A DNA stretch of 55,426 nucleotides from a virus (lineage: Duplodnaviria; Caudoviricetes): IMG/VR virus record IMGVR_UViG_3300045253_000025, positions 1 through 55,426 of that record. One strand, 5' to 3'. The notes below the pieces were generated by a model. It was given only the letters and a program-made list of their open reading frames with translations. It did not search any database and was not told the DNA's origin. The position numbers were made by a program, and so were the translations under genes. Below, piece after piece: positions 45,016-53,606 of the stretch. Position 1 is the first letter of the stretch; each line of letters begins with the position of its first letter.

Positions 45016-45377
45016 TGTCGAAGCTCCTCTAAGATTTTTGGTTCCAAGATATCCCAATCAACGCAAGGCTTACCATTTGGTCCGATCAGCGTCGGACAAC
45101 CTTCCGCCCGATCATCGACCAGCTTATCGTAATAAATCTTGCGAGCAAACCACCACCATTCCTTAGCGAAGTGAACTCCTCGATCCTTACAAAACTTTTC
45201 CGCCCACCATAGCAGCGGTCCTACTCGATTCGTCCAAAGTACAATTGTGGCTCCAGCAGCTACGAATTTCTTGATTGAGTCCGTCGCCTTCGTTCCCTTC
45301 GATCCTACAACCTCGACTTGAGAGAACGGGAAGACATAACAGGCTATCGTACAATCAAAATCGAGGGCGAGGATCAT
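44988..45377 (-). CDS. HAD-superfamily phosphatase
   Basis: LALDFDCTI, LWTNR, K..YD.LVDDRA. Confidence 0.8.
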   Translation of the reverse strand: MILALDFDCTIACYVFPFSQVEVVGSKGTKATDSIKKFVAAGATIVLWTNRVGPLLWWAEKFCKDRGVHFAKEWWWFARKIYYDKLVDDRAEGCPTLIGPNGKPCVDWDILEPKILEELRQWQSMLSGY

Positions 45378-45381
45378 CGGA

Positions 45382-45858
45382 CTACTTCTTGTGCGCATGG
45401 CCTCCGTGACCGTGATCCGCTTTCTTGTGCGGAGCTTCTTCCTCGTCTTCGGCGTCCTTCCCCTTCTTCGCGTGAGCCGTCTCCGTGGCGGGAGTCGGGC
45501 CTGATCCGGCCAGCCCACCGAGGATCGCCAGGATCGCGTCAATGATCGGCTTGAACTGCTGATACAAAGCTAGCAGTTGCTTGAATACGTCGATCAGACC
45601 GGCACGATTGTACTCGCCTTCGATCTCCACTCCTTGCCGCTCGGCTTCACCAGCCGATAGACGGGCGGTGAGTGGGGTCAGGGCGTCAAGGTCTTGAGCG
45701 ATCGGCAGGAGCGTGAGTTCGATATCGGAGATCGCTTGCAGCTTCGCAGCGTAGCCGACAGCCGTTTGCAGCTTGCCGAAAGCAGCCTGGAACTGACCCA
45801 GGACAGCGGCGTCTTTCATCAAGATACGGAGTAGCTGGATGAAGGTGATCGTTCGCAT
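45382..45858 (-). CDS. Hypothetical amphipathic protein with His/charged tail
   Basis: SD AAGGAGG upstream of ATG 45858. Confidence 0.65.
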   Translation of the reverse strand: MRTITFIQLLRILMKDAAVLGQFQAAFGKLQTAVGYAAKLQAISDIELTLLPIAQDLDALTPLTARLSAGEAERQGVEIEGEYNRAGLIDVFKQLLALYQQFKPIIDAILAILGGLAGSGPTPATETAHAKKGKDAEDEEEAPHKKADHGHGGHAHKK

Positions 45859-45957
45859 GGATTTTTCCTCCTTCGAGAGTCGAATACTTCTTAGAAAACT
45901 CAGATAGGGGTAGTGACTCGCAAGGGTCAGGTTAGCCATTTTGAGAATTAGAGTCAA

Positions 45958-46683
45958 CTAGGGACCGACCCGTCCATTCTTAACAAATGCAGCGTATGTA
46001 AGCGGCCATCCAGTCGCTAGTGATTGCTCGGCTGCTCGTGCGGCAACCTCAATTTCATACAGCGGATAGCTGACAAACTTTGCGTCCGGCTCATGTGTCC
46101 GCAACGACAGAAACGCCATTAGCGAACGCGGATTGCATGTAACCCAGCAAGACGAGTAAATACCTACTCCAAGGGCAGTACGAGCAATGCCCGGATCAAA
46201 CCCCTCCGCTAGCGATTGCTCATAATCGTCATAGGCAATTTGATATGCCCGCTTTTTTCGATCGCAGAACTTGGCATAGAGTTCGTCGTCATCGCAAAGC
46301 GTGAATTTCGGACGACCGGGCTTCCAGCCGTCAACTTTCATCATCGGTCGATCACGCGGCGGCAGATAGAATAGTGGAGCAAGTTGTTTGTATCTTGCCG
46401 ATTCTTCGTTGTAGGAAAATCCAATCCTATGCCGATGCCACTCCCGCCAGACAAAGATTGGAGCATGGACAAAGAACGTCAAGGCAGAATGTTCAAACGG
46501 TGTACCGTGACGATGCAACATCAAATAGTTAATCAGACCCGCATTGCCTTCAGCACTTTCCGGCTTAGCAAACTCCGCAGCCATCTCACCCGATGTTGAC
46601 ACTTTTGCGGCAGCAACAACCATATGGTCTCCGCCAGCTTTGTCTATCAGTCGTACCGTGACTACACTCGTTGTCTCAATCAT
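45958..46683 (-). CDS. thyX: FAD-dependent thymidylate synthase
   Basis: HGTPFEH, RHRIGFSYNEESARY, NPRSL..FL.LR. Confidence 0.95.
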   Translation of the reverse strand: MIETTSVVTVRLIDKAGGDHMVVAAAKVSTSGEMAAEFAKPESAEGNAGLINYLMLHRHGTPFEHSALTFFVHAPIFVWREWHRHRIGFSYNEESARYKQLAPLFYLPPRDRPMMKVDGWKPGRPKFTLCDDDELYAKFCDRKKRAYQIAYDDYEQSLAEGFDPGIARTALGVGIYSSCWVTCNPRSLMAFLSLRTHEPDAKFVSYPLYEIEVAARAAEQSLATGWPLTYAAFVKNGRVGP

Positions 46684-46886
46684 TTTTTTCTTCCTTTCTA
46701 TCTTTCCCCGAACAAGACCAGCATCTTCCCTCGATCAGATTCTCCTCCGGGATCAAAACGGAACAGTAGATACAGGCGGCGACTCCGGCTCAATCCAGCT
46801 TCTCGTTGACCATCTCGACGCGCTGATCGGGATGGAGGGCAAGGTATTCGTAATTGACGATTTCGCCGGTTCGGATGTCAACGAAC

Positions 46887-47156
46887 TCAACCCCCAGCTT
46901 CGCCGTCTCCGCGAAAGCGACTTCCAGGAGCAGCTTCGCCTTTTCGATCGGGAGCAGCTTGGATGCGGTCATGGCGATTCCTTTCTTCGCGTTGGATGGC
47001 GTCGTAGACCTCTGAGCGATTGATCGAGATCGACGGATCACATTCGATATGCAGTCGAACCTTGTCACCACGAATATCAGCGACGGTAATTTTAATATCC
47101 GCGTTCTTACCGATGTAGATTTTTTCGTTTCGCTTACGGGAAAGGACGAGACCCAT
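46887..47156 (-). CDS. csrA: Carbon storage regulator CsrA-like RNA-binding protein
   Basis: LVLSRKRNEKIYIG...ITV..IRGDKVRL.I......I.R.EV. Confidence 0.9.
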   Translation of the reverse strand: MGLVLSRKRNEKIYIGKNADIKITVADIRGDKVRLHIECDPSISINRSEVYDAIQREERNRHDRIQAAPDRKGEAAPGSRFRGDGEAGG

Positions 47157-47171
47157 TGGAGAGATTCCTTT

Positions 47172-49316
47172 CTATTTAGAGACCTTATGCACCTTCGCCT
47201 TGGCTCGCTTCCATAACGAGAGTAGAGGCGGAGAGAGGGAATAAACGAATGCGGGCTGGCCCGGTTTCTCAAACTTGGATTTTGGCTTGTGTTCCTGACG
47301 AGATCGAAAAGCAATCTTTAGCTCAACCAAGTCTCCGAGTTTTCTCTGGAGAGAAGAATGAGGGATGCCCATCTCTCCCGTTAGCTCGTCGATCGTGACT
47401 CCCTTCGGATAGCCAACCAGGATTCTCACGATGTCCAGATGGAATCCGTAAGCGGTATCGAAGGCTAGCTTCTCCGCAATCCGGTAACATCGCTCATCGA
47501 CGGAGCGGAGGCGGAAGACAATCGCTAAGGCTTGAGCGGTTTTGATAATCTGCTTGCACAAGCGAGAACCAATTTCCGATTGAGGACGATAACGGATATC
47601 CTGCTTATGGTCTCGATCTACGGTTGCCCGCAAGCAAGCGATCACTTGCGCCAAAGGGATGATCCGCTCCGCTAGCGAGATCGGAACTGTAGGCAGGCGG
47701 GGGAGGTCTTGCTCCACGAAGTCGGCTAGCCGCTCCTGGAGTCGGAGACGATCCTTATCGAATTGCTGGGGATGTCGAGCGTGCTTCTGCTCCAGCTTGA
47801 GGACTTCCCGGACGTGCTTCTCTCGATCGTAGTCGTGCGGAATAAATTCCCATTTGAGGAACCGCTCGCCTAACGAAGCATGGGATTCCTTGTGAATGAT
47901 GTGAGTCACTCCAGCCAGCGTACCGAAAGTTCCTTCATACGTCCGGCGCTTGACGGTGTTCCCATAAGAGCAAGTAATCAGGCCATCGTAAGCATCACGG
48001 AGAATCGAATAGATTTCCTCCTGAGTCATCCAAGGTTGCTTCATCAGCCAAGTATAGTCCTTAATGATGAGCAGCTTTCCCGTATCGGGATTTGGCTTCC
48101 CGCTCGGATCAATCCCGTCATGGATCAGTTGCGGGATGAGGGAGGGATCGGAACCGTCTTCTAGTTCCATCCCGGAGATCAGCGAGTGCGGGCGAAGCGT
48201 GGATTCGTAATGGCATTGCTCCGAGTGACTGACGGTACGAAGCATCAGGGTCTTCCCCGACGACGGAGGACCGACAATGAATACCCAGATTGGGTCTCCG
48301 CTCCAGCGAGAGGCGATGACTACTGCCAGCATGATCGCCAAGGAGTTTTCCATCTCCTTCGGCAGGTAATAGATCTTCCGATACTCAGCAAGCAAGCGAT
48401 CGAAGGAGAGGGGCTTCCCCTTCACTCTCAGCGGCTTCTCAGGTTGAGCCTCTTTCTCCTTCTCCGGCCCCGGTTTCCCCTCTGCCTTCGACGCTTGGCG
48501 GGTAATAGTTACTTCCTCGCACATCTTCAGTAACTCAGCCCAAGCCTTCTTAGGAGCCTTGGCATGGGCTGATACGAAGTCATTGAGATCGTAGCCTTTT
48601 TTGAGCTTCTTCGGCCAGCGGATACGATGGATCGACTTGGCGACGGGAGAGAGCATCTTAATTGCCCTGTCCATCCCTTTTACCCCAGCTTCGTCATTAT
48701 CGTAGAGTAGCCAGATATCCCGATCACGGAAGGACTCGACCCAATCGGCCTTGAACGTGCTAGCGCCTGGAGCGCCTAGAACCGCTCCCGACGCTCCTGC
48801 CTTCGACCGAAGCCAGTCCAAGGCAAAGCGATCCCAATCGCCTTCCGCGATATAGACAGTCTCAGCCATCGGCAGGGAGTGGACTCCCAAGAGATGCAGC
48901 GGCGTCGGTTGCATGACCGGGCCTTTGCCGTCCCAGGAGCGGACTCCGGCAAACTTCCCTTCGAGGTTGTAGACCGGGAATAAAAAGGCTCCGTCTCGAA
49001 CTCCGAATTTGACCAGCTTTGGGGAGAACGCTTCAGCCGGAAGATTACGAGCTTTTGCTAATCGCTTAAGATCGAAACCTTCCTTAGCTTTCTCAGCCGA
49101 CTCGTATATTTTCTGAAGAAAAGAGGAGGTATTGCCCTGCTCTCCACAAGCGCCAGCGTGGCACTTCCATTGCCCCGTATCCGGGTTGACGTGAAAATGC
49201 TTTTCCTTGAAGCAGAAGGGGCAGTCTCCGACCGCTTCGCCTGAGCCGTTGATCGAGAAGTCGAGACCGAAGAACTCGAACGGGCCTAGCTTGGATTCCT
49301 TGGCTTTGGCAGTCAT
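47172..49316 (-). CDS. Primase-helicase: Zn finger + TOPRIM + MCM-like AAA+ + wHTH
   Basis: CPFC..H..C..C, AEG..D, YDND.AG, GPPSSGKT, LIIKD, LRDAYDG, ERF. Confidence 0.85.
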   Translation of the reverse strand: MTAKAKESKLGPFEFFGLDFSINGSGEAVGDCPFCFKEKHFHVNPDTGQWKCHAGACGEQGNTSSFLQKIYESAEKAKEGFDLKRLAKARNLPAEAFSPKLVKFGVRDGAFLFPVYNLEGKFAGVRSWDGKGPVMQPTPLHLLGVHSLPMAETVYIAEGDWDRFALDWLRSKAGASGAVLGAPGASTFKADWVESFRDRDIWLLYDNDEAGVKGMDRAIKMLSPVAKSIHRIRWPKKLKKGYDLNDFVSAHAKAPKKAWAELLKMCEEVTITRQASKAEGKPGPEKEKEAQPEKPLRVKGKPLSFDRLLAEYRKIYYLPKEMENSLAIMLAVVIASRWSGDPIWVFIVGPPSSGKTLMLRTVSHSEQCHYESTLRPHSLISGMELEDGSDPSLIPQLIHDGIDPSGKPNPDTGKLLIIKDYTWLMKQPWMTQEEIYSILRDAYDGLITCSYGNTVKRRTYEGTFGTLAGVTHIIHKESHASLGERFLKWEFIPHDYDREKHVREVLKLEQKHARHPQQFDKDRLRLQERLADFVEQDLPRLPTVPISLAERIIPLAQVIACLRATVDRDHKQDIRYRPQSEIGSRLCKQIIKTAQALAIVFRLRSVDERCYRIAEKLAFDTAYGFHLDIVRILVGYPKGVTIDELTGEMGIPHSSLQRKLGDLVELKIAFRSRQEHKPKSKFEKPGQPAFVYSLSPPLLSLWKRAKAKVHKVSK

Positions 49317-49385
49317 CGCCTAGCCTTCCTTTCCCGTAGTAAATCGTGGGTGAGCGTTCCGTTGTAGAGAGACCTCCAAATTGAG

Positions 49386-49574
49386 TCAAGACAACTTTTT
49401 CCCACAAAACGGGCAATGAGAAGCTATCAATCGTTTCGGTCGTATGCCTCGATGCTTCTCACTAAGAATTGTCGAGATAAAGATTTGATCCTTTCTAAAT
49501 AGGTTTGATTCGATCTCTGTATTAAATTCCGCTAGCTTCTTATTGACCTCTTTGAAACATTCATGCTCAAGCAT
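49386..49574 (-). CDS. Small Zn-ribbon protein
   Basis: HCPFCGKK; preceded by motif A with SD. Confidence 0.6.
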   Translation of the reverse strand: MLEHECFKEVNKKLAEFNTEIESNLFRKDQIFISTILSEKHRGIRPKRLIASHCPFCGKKLS

Positions 49575-49603
49575 AGACCCTCCCTTGAGTTTTGTGAGAA
49601 GAA

Positions 49604-49831
49604 TTATTTGGCTTTCTGCTGATCGGTTCTTCGCAATGCTTCGGCAGTCCATAACTCTGGTCCAATCTCATCTCTTAGCTGTACGACATACGACGGCTCT
49701 CCCGGTTCTTCTTGAAATGTCGCCTCAGCTTCTACGCAAGCTTGAATGATCTGCTGGGCATCGTACTCCTGCGGAGGAACGATACAGGGACAACAATATT
49801 GCTCTGAGAAAATTACTCGATGATCGGTCAT
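49604..49831 (-). CDS. Hypothetical protein
   Basis: ATGA-coupled to the polymerase gene. Confidence 0.55.
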   Translation of the reverse strand: MTDHRVIFSEQYCCPCIVPPQEYDAQQIIQACVEAEATFQEEPGEPSYVVQLRDEIGPELWTAEALRRTDQQKAK

Positions 49832-51765
49832 ACCTCGATCTCCTTTGGCTCCGACCATTTCTTCGTAACGACTGAGACGGAAACGGGGGTCGGAATCCCG
49901 TAGCGTTGTCCTGGTTCTTCCATCTGCTCAACGATCCATTCTCGCATTGACTTGTTGGATTTGAGATCGGCAGGTAGCTCCAGGATCAACTCATCGTGTA
50001 CTTGGAGAACGATCTTCGGACGAGGAACAGTCCGAGAGACGTACTGGCATCGCTCGTTATATTTCAGATTCAACATCGCTTCCTTGATGATGTCTCCCGC
50101 TGATCCCTGGATGCGGTTATTGAAAGCGGAGTAGGGACGTTCCCGGTCGATCGGGATTCGATAGCCGGAAAGCGTCGTCGTGTATCCCTTTCGCTTGGCG
50201 TCAGAGATCGTCTCGTCCATCAGCGAGGAGACTCCCACGAACCGCTGGCGGAATCGCTGGTAGGCTCCGGCCATACCCGCCGTATCGTCTCCGCGCTTCT
50301 CGCCTGCTCCATAGGGTACGGCAAAGTCAAAATTCTTGGTCCGCTTGTACTTCCAATGATGTGGGGAACATTTGTCCTTCAGTTGATCGCCGGGGAGATT
50401 CCACATCTCCATCGCTACGGCCAGATGGATCGACTCACCCCGCTCGAAAGCAGCGATCAGCTTCTCCTCTTTGGCGAGGTAAGCCATGATCCGCCATTCG
50501 AGATTGGAGTAGTCGATATCGTACCAGAAGCAACCGGAGCGAGGACCAAATAGCATCCGTAGCGGCATCTCCGCCTTGAGGCTGACGTTCTGCGCGTTGG
50601 GATCGGAGGAGGAATAGCGGGTAGCGACCGTTCCCCATTGGTTGAGCGAAGGATGAATAATCCACTGGCGATCTTCCAGGCGGGAGCCGCGAAGATAATC
50701 GGAGGAGTAATTGACGGCGGAGTTGGCGTTGCGATTTGTCAGGAGCGTATCAATCAGGATCGCTCGGTCTGATTTGTCCTTGACGTACTCCCGCTCTCCA
50801 CCTTCCTCGTTGCACTCATTACCGATTCGCAACCACCATGCCTTGAGGACATCCTTGTCCGTCGAGGGAGCGGACTCTCCAGTCTGCTTATTCGGCTTGC
50901 CGCGTTTGATGACTGGCATCCGTAGCTTGCCGAAAAACAGCTTCGAGAGTTGCTGATGAGAGTTGGGGTTGAACTCGCCATCGAAACCGAACCGCTTGGC
51001 GCAGCGGACGATCTTCTCCTTCGAGCGGGATTGGATTGACTTGTATCGCCTGATCTCTCGATGGAGCATCATCTTGTGAGTGCAGAGACCGGCTTCCTGC
51101 ATCTCGTTAGTGACCGGGATCAATCGTCGCTCCCGCTCGTAGAGAGCGGAGAGACCTTCCAGAGCCAGACATTCCTTGAAGAAGATGTAGAGCCGCATCG
51201 TACGGATCGCATCGTTGACTCCGTAGCGAGACAGGAGCGTTGACTTAGGATCGGCAGCCTTGGGAAGCCAGTAATCCCATTGCCATTCTTCCGCCAAGTT
51301 CCAGCCTGCTTTCTTGGCGACTGATCCGACGCGGCGGAGACGCTGGACTTCTTTCGCTAGCTCTCGCTCGTCGTCATCCGGGAAGTCGAGATACTTGAGA
51401 GCGAGGTCTTTCAGGTTGTGGGATTCGCGGGAGTTCAAGACGTGCGACATTCCCAGCGTATCATCGAGCTTGTCCCAGAGAGGATTCTTGGCGAAATAAT
51501 TCTGAAACTCGTAGCCGATATTCGAGAGAGCTTTGATATCGAAGGTTGCATTATGAAAGATCAGCCGATCAGCGGAGCCGATCAAGTCGATGATCTCGTG
51601 ACGATCCAGGCAGGGGATAGCAACGGAGCGGGTGAACGGATCGACCTTCCACTCCCACCAACAGGTATTTCCCTTGTCATCACAAGTCGAGACAGCGAAG
51701 GGACGGCAACCGCTATAGAGAGCAGTTCCGTTTGTCTCACAATCCAGAGCAAGCAGTTTGGGCAT
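49828..51765 (-). CDS. polA: DNA polymerase family A with 3'-5' exonuclease
   Basis: ExoI LDCET, motif A DYSNLE.R, motif B K..DFAVPYG, motif C VHDEL. Confidence 0.95.
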   Translation of the reverse strand: MPKLLALDCETNGTALYSGCRPFAVSTCDDKGNTCWWEWKVDPFTRSVAIPCLDRHEIIDLIGSADRLIFHNATFDIKALSNIGYEFQNYFAKNPLWDKLDDTLGMSHVLNSRESHNLKDLALKYLDFPDDDERELAKEVQRLRRVGSVAKKAGWNLAEEWQWDYWLPKAADPKSTLLSRYGVNDAIRTMRLYIFFKECLALEGLSALYERERRLIPVTNEMQEAGLCTHKMMLHREIRRYKSIQSRSKEKIVRCAKRFGFDGEFNPNSHQQLSKLFFGKLRMPVIKRGKPNKQTGESAPSTDKDVLKAWWLRIGNECNEEGGEREYVKDKSDRAILIDTLLTNRNANSAVNYSSDYLRGSRLEDRQWIIHPSLNQWGTVATRYSSSDPNAQNVSLKAEMPLRMLFGPRSGCFWYDIDYSNLEWRIMAYLAKEEKLIAAFERGESIHLAVAMEMWNLPGDQLKDKCSPHHWKYKRTKNFDFAVPYGAGEKRGDDTAGMAGAYQRFRQRFVGVSSLMDETISDAKRKGYTTTLSGYRIPIDRERPYSAFNNRIQGSAGDIIKEAMLNLKYNERCQYVSRTVPRPKIVLQVHDELILELPADLKSNKSMREWIVEQMEEPGQRYGIPTPVSVSVVTKKWSEPKEIEV

Positions 51766-51784
51766 TGGAATCCTTCCGCGATAG

Positions 51785-51819
51785 AAAACCCGCTCCGCAG
51801 CATCATACTACGGAGCGGG
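51785..51819 (-). terminator. Intrinsic terminator upstream of the polymerase gene
   Basis: CCCGCTCCGTAG...CTGCGGAGCGGG followed by TTTT. Confidence 0.75.
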
Positions 51820-51878
51820 ACACCCGTTACCTAGCGGAGATGAAATGCTAGGCTGCGATCCGATCCTCCTTGAGCCTC

Positions 51879-51906
51879 TGTATCCGGCCTGTACTCAGGC
51901 AGGATT
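51879..51906. repeat. 28-bp hairpin-forming dispersed repeat, copy 2
   Basis: One mismatch to 20996-21023. Confidence 0.85.
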
Positions 51907-51923
51907 TCTATTCCGGTCCCAAC

Positions 51924-52490
51924 CTACTTCTCTTTCCCCCCGCGTCCGTTCGTTTCCACGAGACTCAAGACGTTCAGATTGAGGTACTGGCCGGAGTCTC
52001 CCCCGAATTTAATCCGAATCTTGCAGACCGGCTTTTCCTTGGAGATCGCTTCGGCCAGCTTGGGAAGCTCAGCAGGAGTGATGTCCTCGACGTTGTAACC
52101 GATCGTATCGAGCGTCCGCTGGAAGCGGTTGATCGCTTCGATGGCTTTGGTCTCGTCGGAGTGAGCCAGCGTATCACGGCGATAGGGCTGCATCCCCTTA
52201 GCGTCTCCTGCCGTCTGAACAACGAAGCGGAGAATGAACCAGGGAGTGACCGGCTGAGCCGGGCGATAGCTGGACGAGGAAGGCTTACCGACAGCAGGCT
52301 TGGCTGGGAATAAGCCGGTCTGCGCAGAAACCAGTTGAGCAGTGTAATCGCCTTCGGGAATCTTCGGCTGGTCGAAACCTCCGCCTCCCATATCCTTAGC
52401 TTTCTTCCAGTTCTTTGCCAACGAAGGATCGGACCAAGCTTTCGAATCGACCTTGCCCTTCGTGGCTCCTGACTTCTTCGAGAATGACAT
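51924..52490 (-). CDS. Putative ssDNA-binding protein (DUF669-like)
   Basis: IPEGDYTA pattern; follows the Sak4-like gene. Confidence 0.65.
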   Translation of the reverse strand: MSFSKKSGATKGKVDSKAWSDPSLAKNWKKAKDMGGGGFDQPKIPEGDYTAQLVSAQTGLFPAKPAVGKPSSSSYRPAQPVTPWFILRFVVQTAGDAKGMQPYRRDTLAHSDETKAIEAINRFQRTLDTIGYNVEDITPAELPKLAEAISKEKPVCKIRIKFGGDSGQYLNLNVLSLVETNGRGGKEK

Positions 52491-52529
52491 AACGGGTTAC
52501 TCCTTAAATGAAAAACAAAACTGACAATC

Positions 52530-52616
52530 AAAAAGGGAAGCTGCCGTGTGGTTACTGCTTCACTCCGTTGAACCACCTTCCGGTCACTGCAAAGCAGCCT
52601 ATTTTCGGCAGCCCCC
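52530..52616 (-). ncRNA. Candidate pseudoknotted RNA/terminator
   Basis: About 11-bp closing stem plus U tract; GUGGUU/AACCAC pseudoknot (by eye). Confidence 0.45.
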
Positions 52617-53539
52617 TATTTTTTCTTCCGCTTGAACTTCGAGACTTCGATATCAGAATTATCCGGCTCATCTTCCTCGTCTTCCTCCTCCTCGAATGGA
52701 TCGCGGAGCTTGTTTTGGAAAGCGAGGTTGAGATTCTTCCAAGCTTGCTCCGGGCCTTCGCCAGCGGGGACGCATCGTAAGGGATGGCCGTCTTCGCAAT
52801 CAAGGAAGCAATCCGTCGAGCGAGCATTGCCAATCCAAAGCGACTCGGTTCCCCGGACGAAGATCACCCGCTGAGCTTCCTTGTAGCCGTAGTAAAAAGC
52901 AAAGTCGGTATACATCTTGAGGAACTTGAACATCCGAGGAGTACAGGACGGAGAAGTCTGGTTATATGCAGACTGCGAGTCTTCGACCTCTAGCTCCCGC
53001 TGCTTGGCATGGGAGAGGAACGTCACGATCACTCCGTTGTCCCGGTACGCTTCGCAAAGACCCAAGATGAGCGAATCTACCGCATCCCAATCCTGATGCT
53101 CAAACGCTCCATGATCGGTAATTCCTCGCTGACGACACTGGTACTCACGAGCAAGAACGTACAAAGCATCGGCAGTATCAAAATGAACGCAAGCCGGGCG
53201 GGATTTTTCTGGTAAAGAAAGATACTTCTCCTGGTATTTAATGAGCCGGGCGAATGTCAATTCCGGCTCTCCAGCTTTGCGATCCGGGATCATCATAATC
53301 GGCAGATTCCTCCGGCCTCGCTCCATCTGGAAGTTGACGGAATCTTCGATCTCGGCTAGCAGGGATGACTTGCCGACTCCCTTAGCGCCGTAGATCAGGA
53401 TGATATGTTCGAGCAGCGTCTTGGGCGGCTCATTCTTGTGGGTCGGGAGATGGATTCCAGCGAGGTCTTCCGATTGGCCGTTAGATTCAGATCGCTTGGA
53501 ACGGGTCGATCCACCGCGTTCTTTCTTGACGATGGGCAT
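52616..53539 (-). CDS. Sak4-like AAA ATPase/annealase
   Basis: IYGAKGVGKSS, FDT, LSHAK; lies between exonuclease and SSB. Confidence 0.8.
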   Translation of the reverse strand: MPIVKKERGGSTRSKRSESNGQSEDLAGIHLPTHKNEPPKTLLEHIILIYGAKGVGKSSLLAEIEDSVNFQMERGRRNLPIMMIPDRKAGEPELTFARLIKYQEKYLSLPEKSRPACVHFDTADALYVLAREYQCRQRGITDHGAFEHQDWDAVDSLILGLCEAYRDNGVIVTFLSHAKQRELEVEDSQSAYNQTSPSCTPRMFKFLKMYTDFAFYYGYKEAQRVIFVRGTESLWIGNARSTDCFLDCEDGHPLRCVPAGEGPEQAWKNLNLAFQNKLRDPFEEEEDEEDEPDNSDIEVSKFKRKKK

Positions 53540-53573
53540 CTCAAAAATCCTTTCGATACGAGTGAGAAGTCAA

Positions 53574-53602
53574 AGGGTAGCGAAGTCTCAAAATCCTGTC
53601 AA
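53574..53602 (-). promoter_or_regulatory. Sigma70-type promoter with motif C in its spacer
   Basis: TTGACA-ggattttgagacttcgc-TACCCT. Confidence 0.65.
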
Positions 53603-53606
53603 GTCT

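Noticed and set aside
2802-49608. Motif A as CRISPR repeats or integron attC sites
   Set aside because: Copies are kilobases apart in both orientations, lack attC core structure, and no integrase was found.
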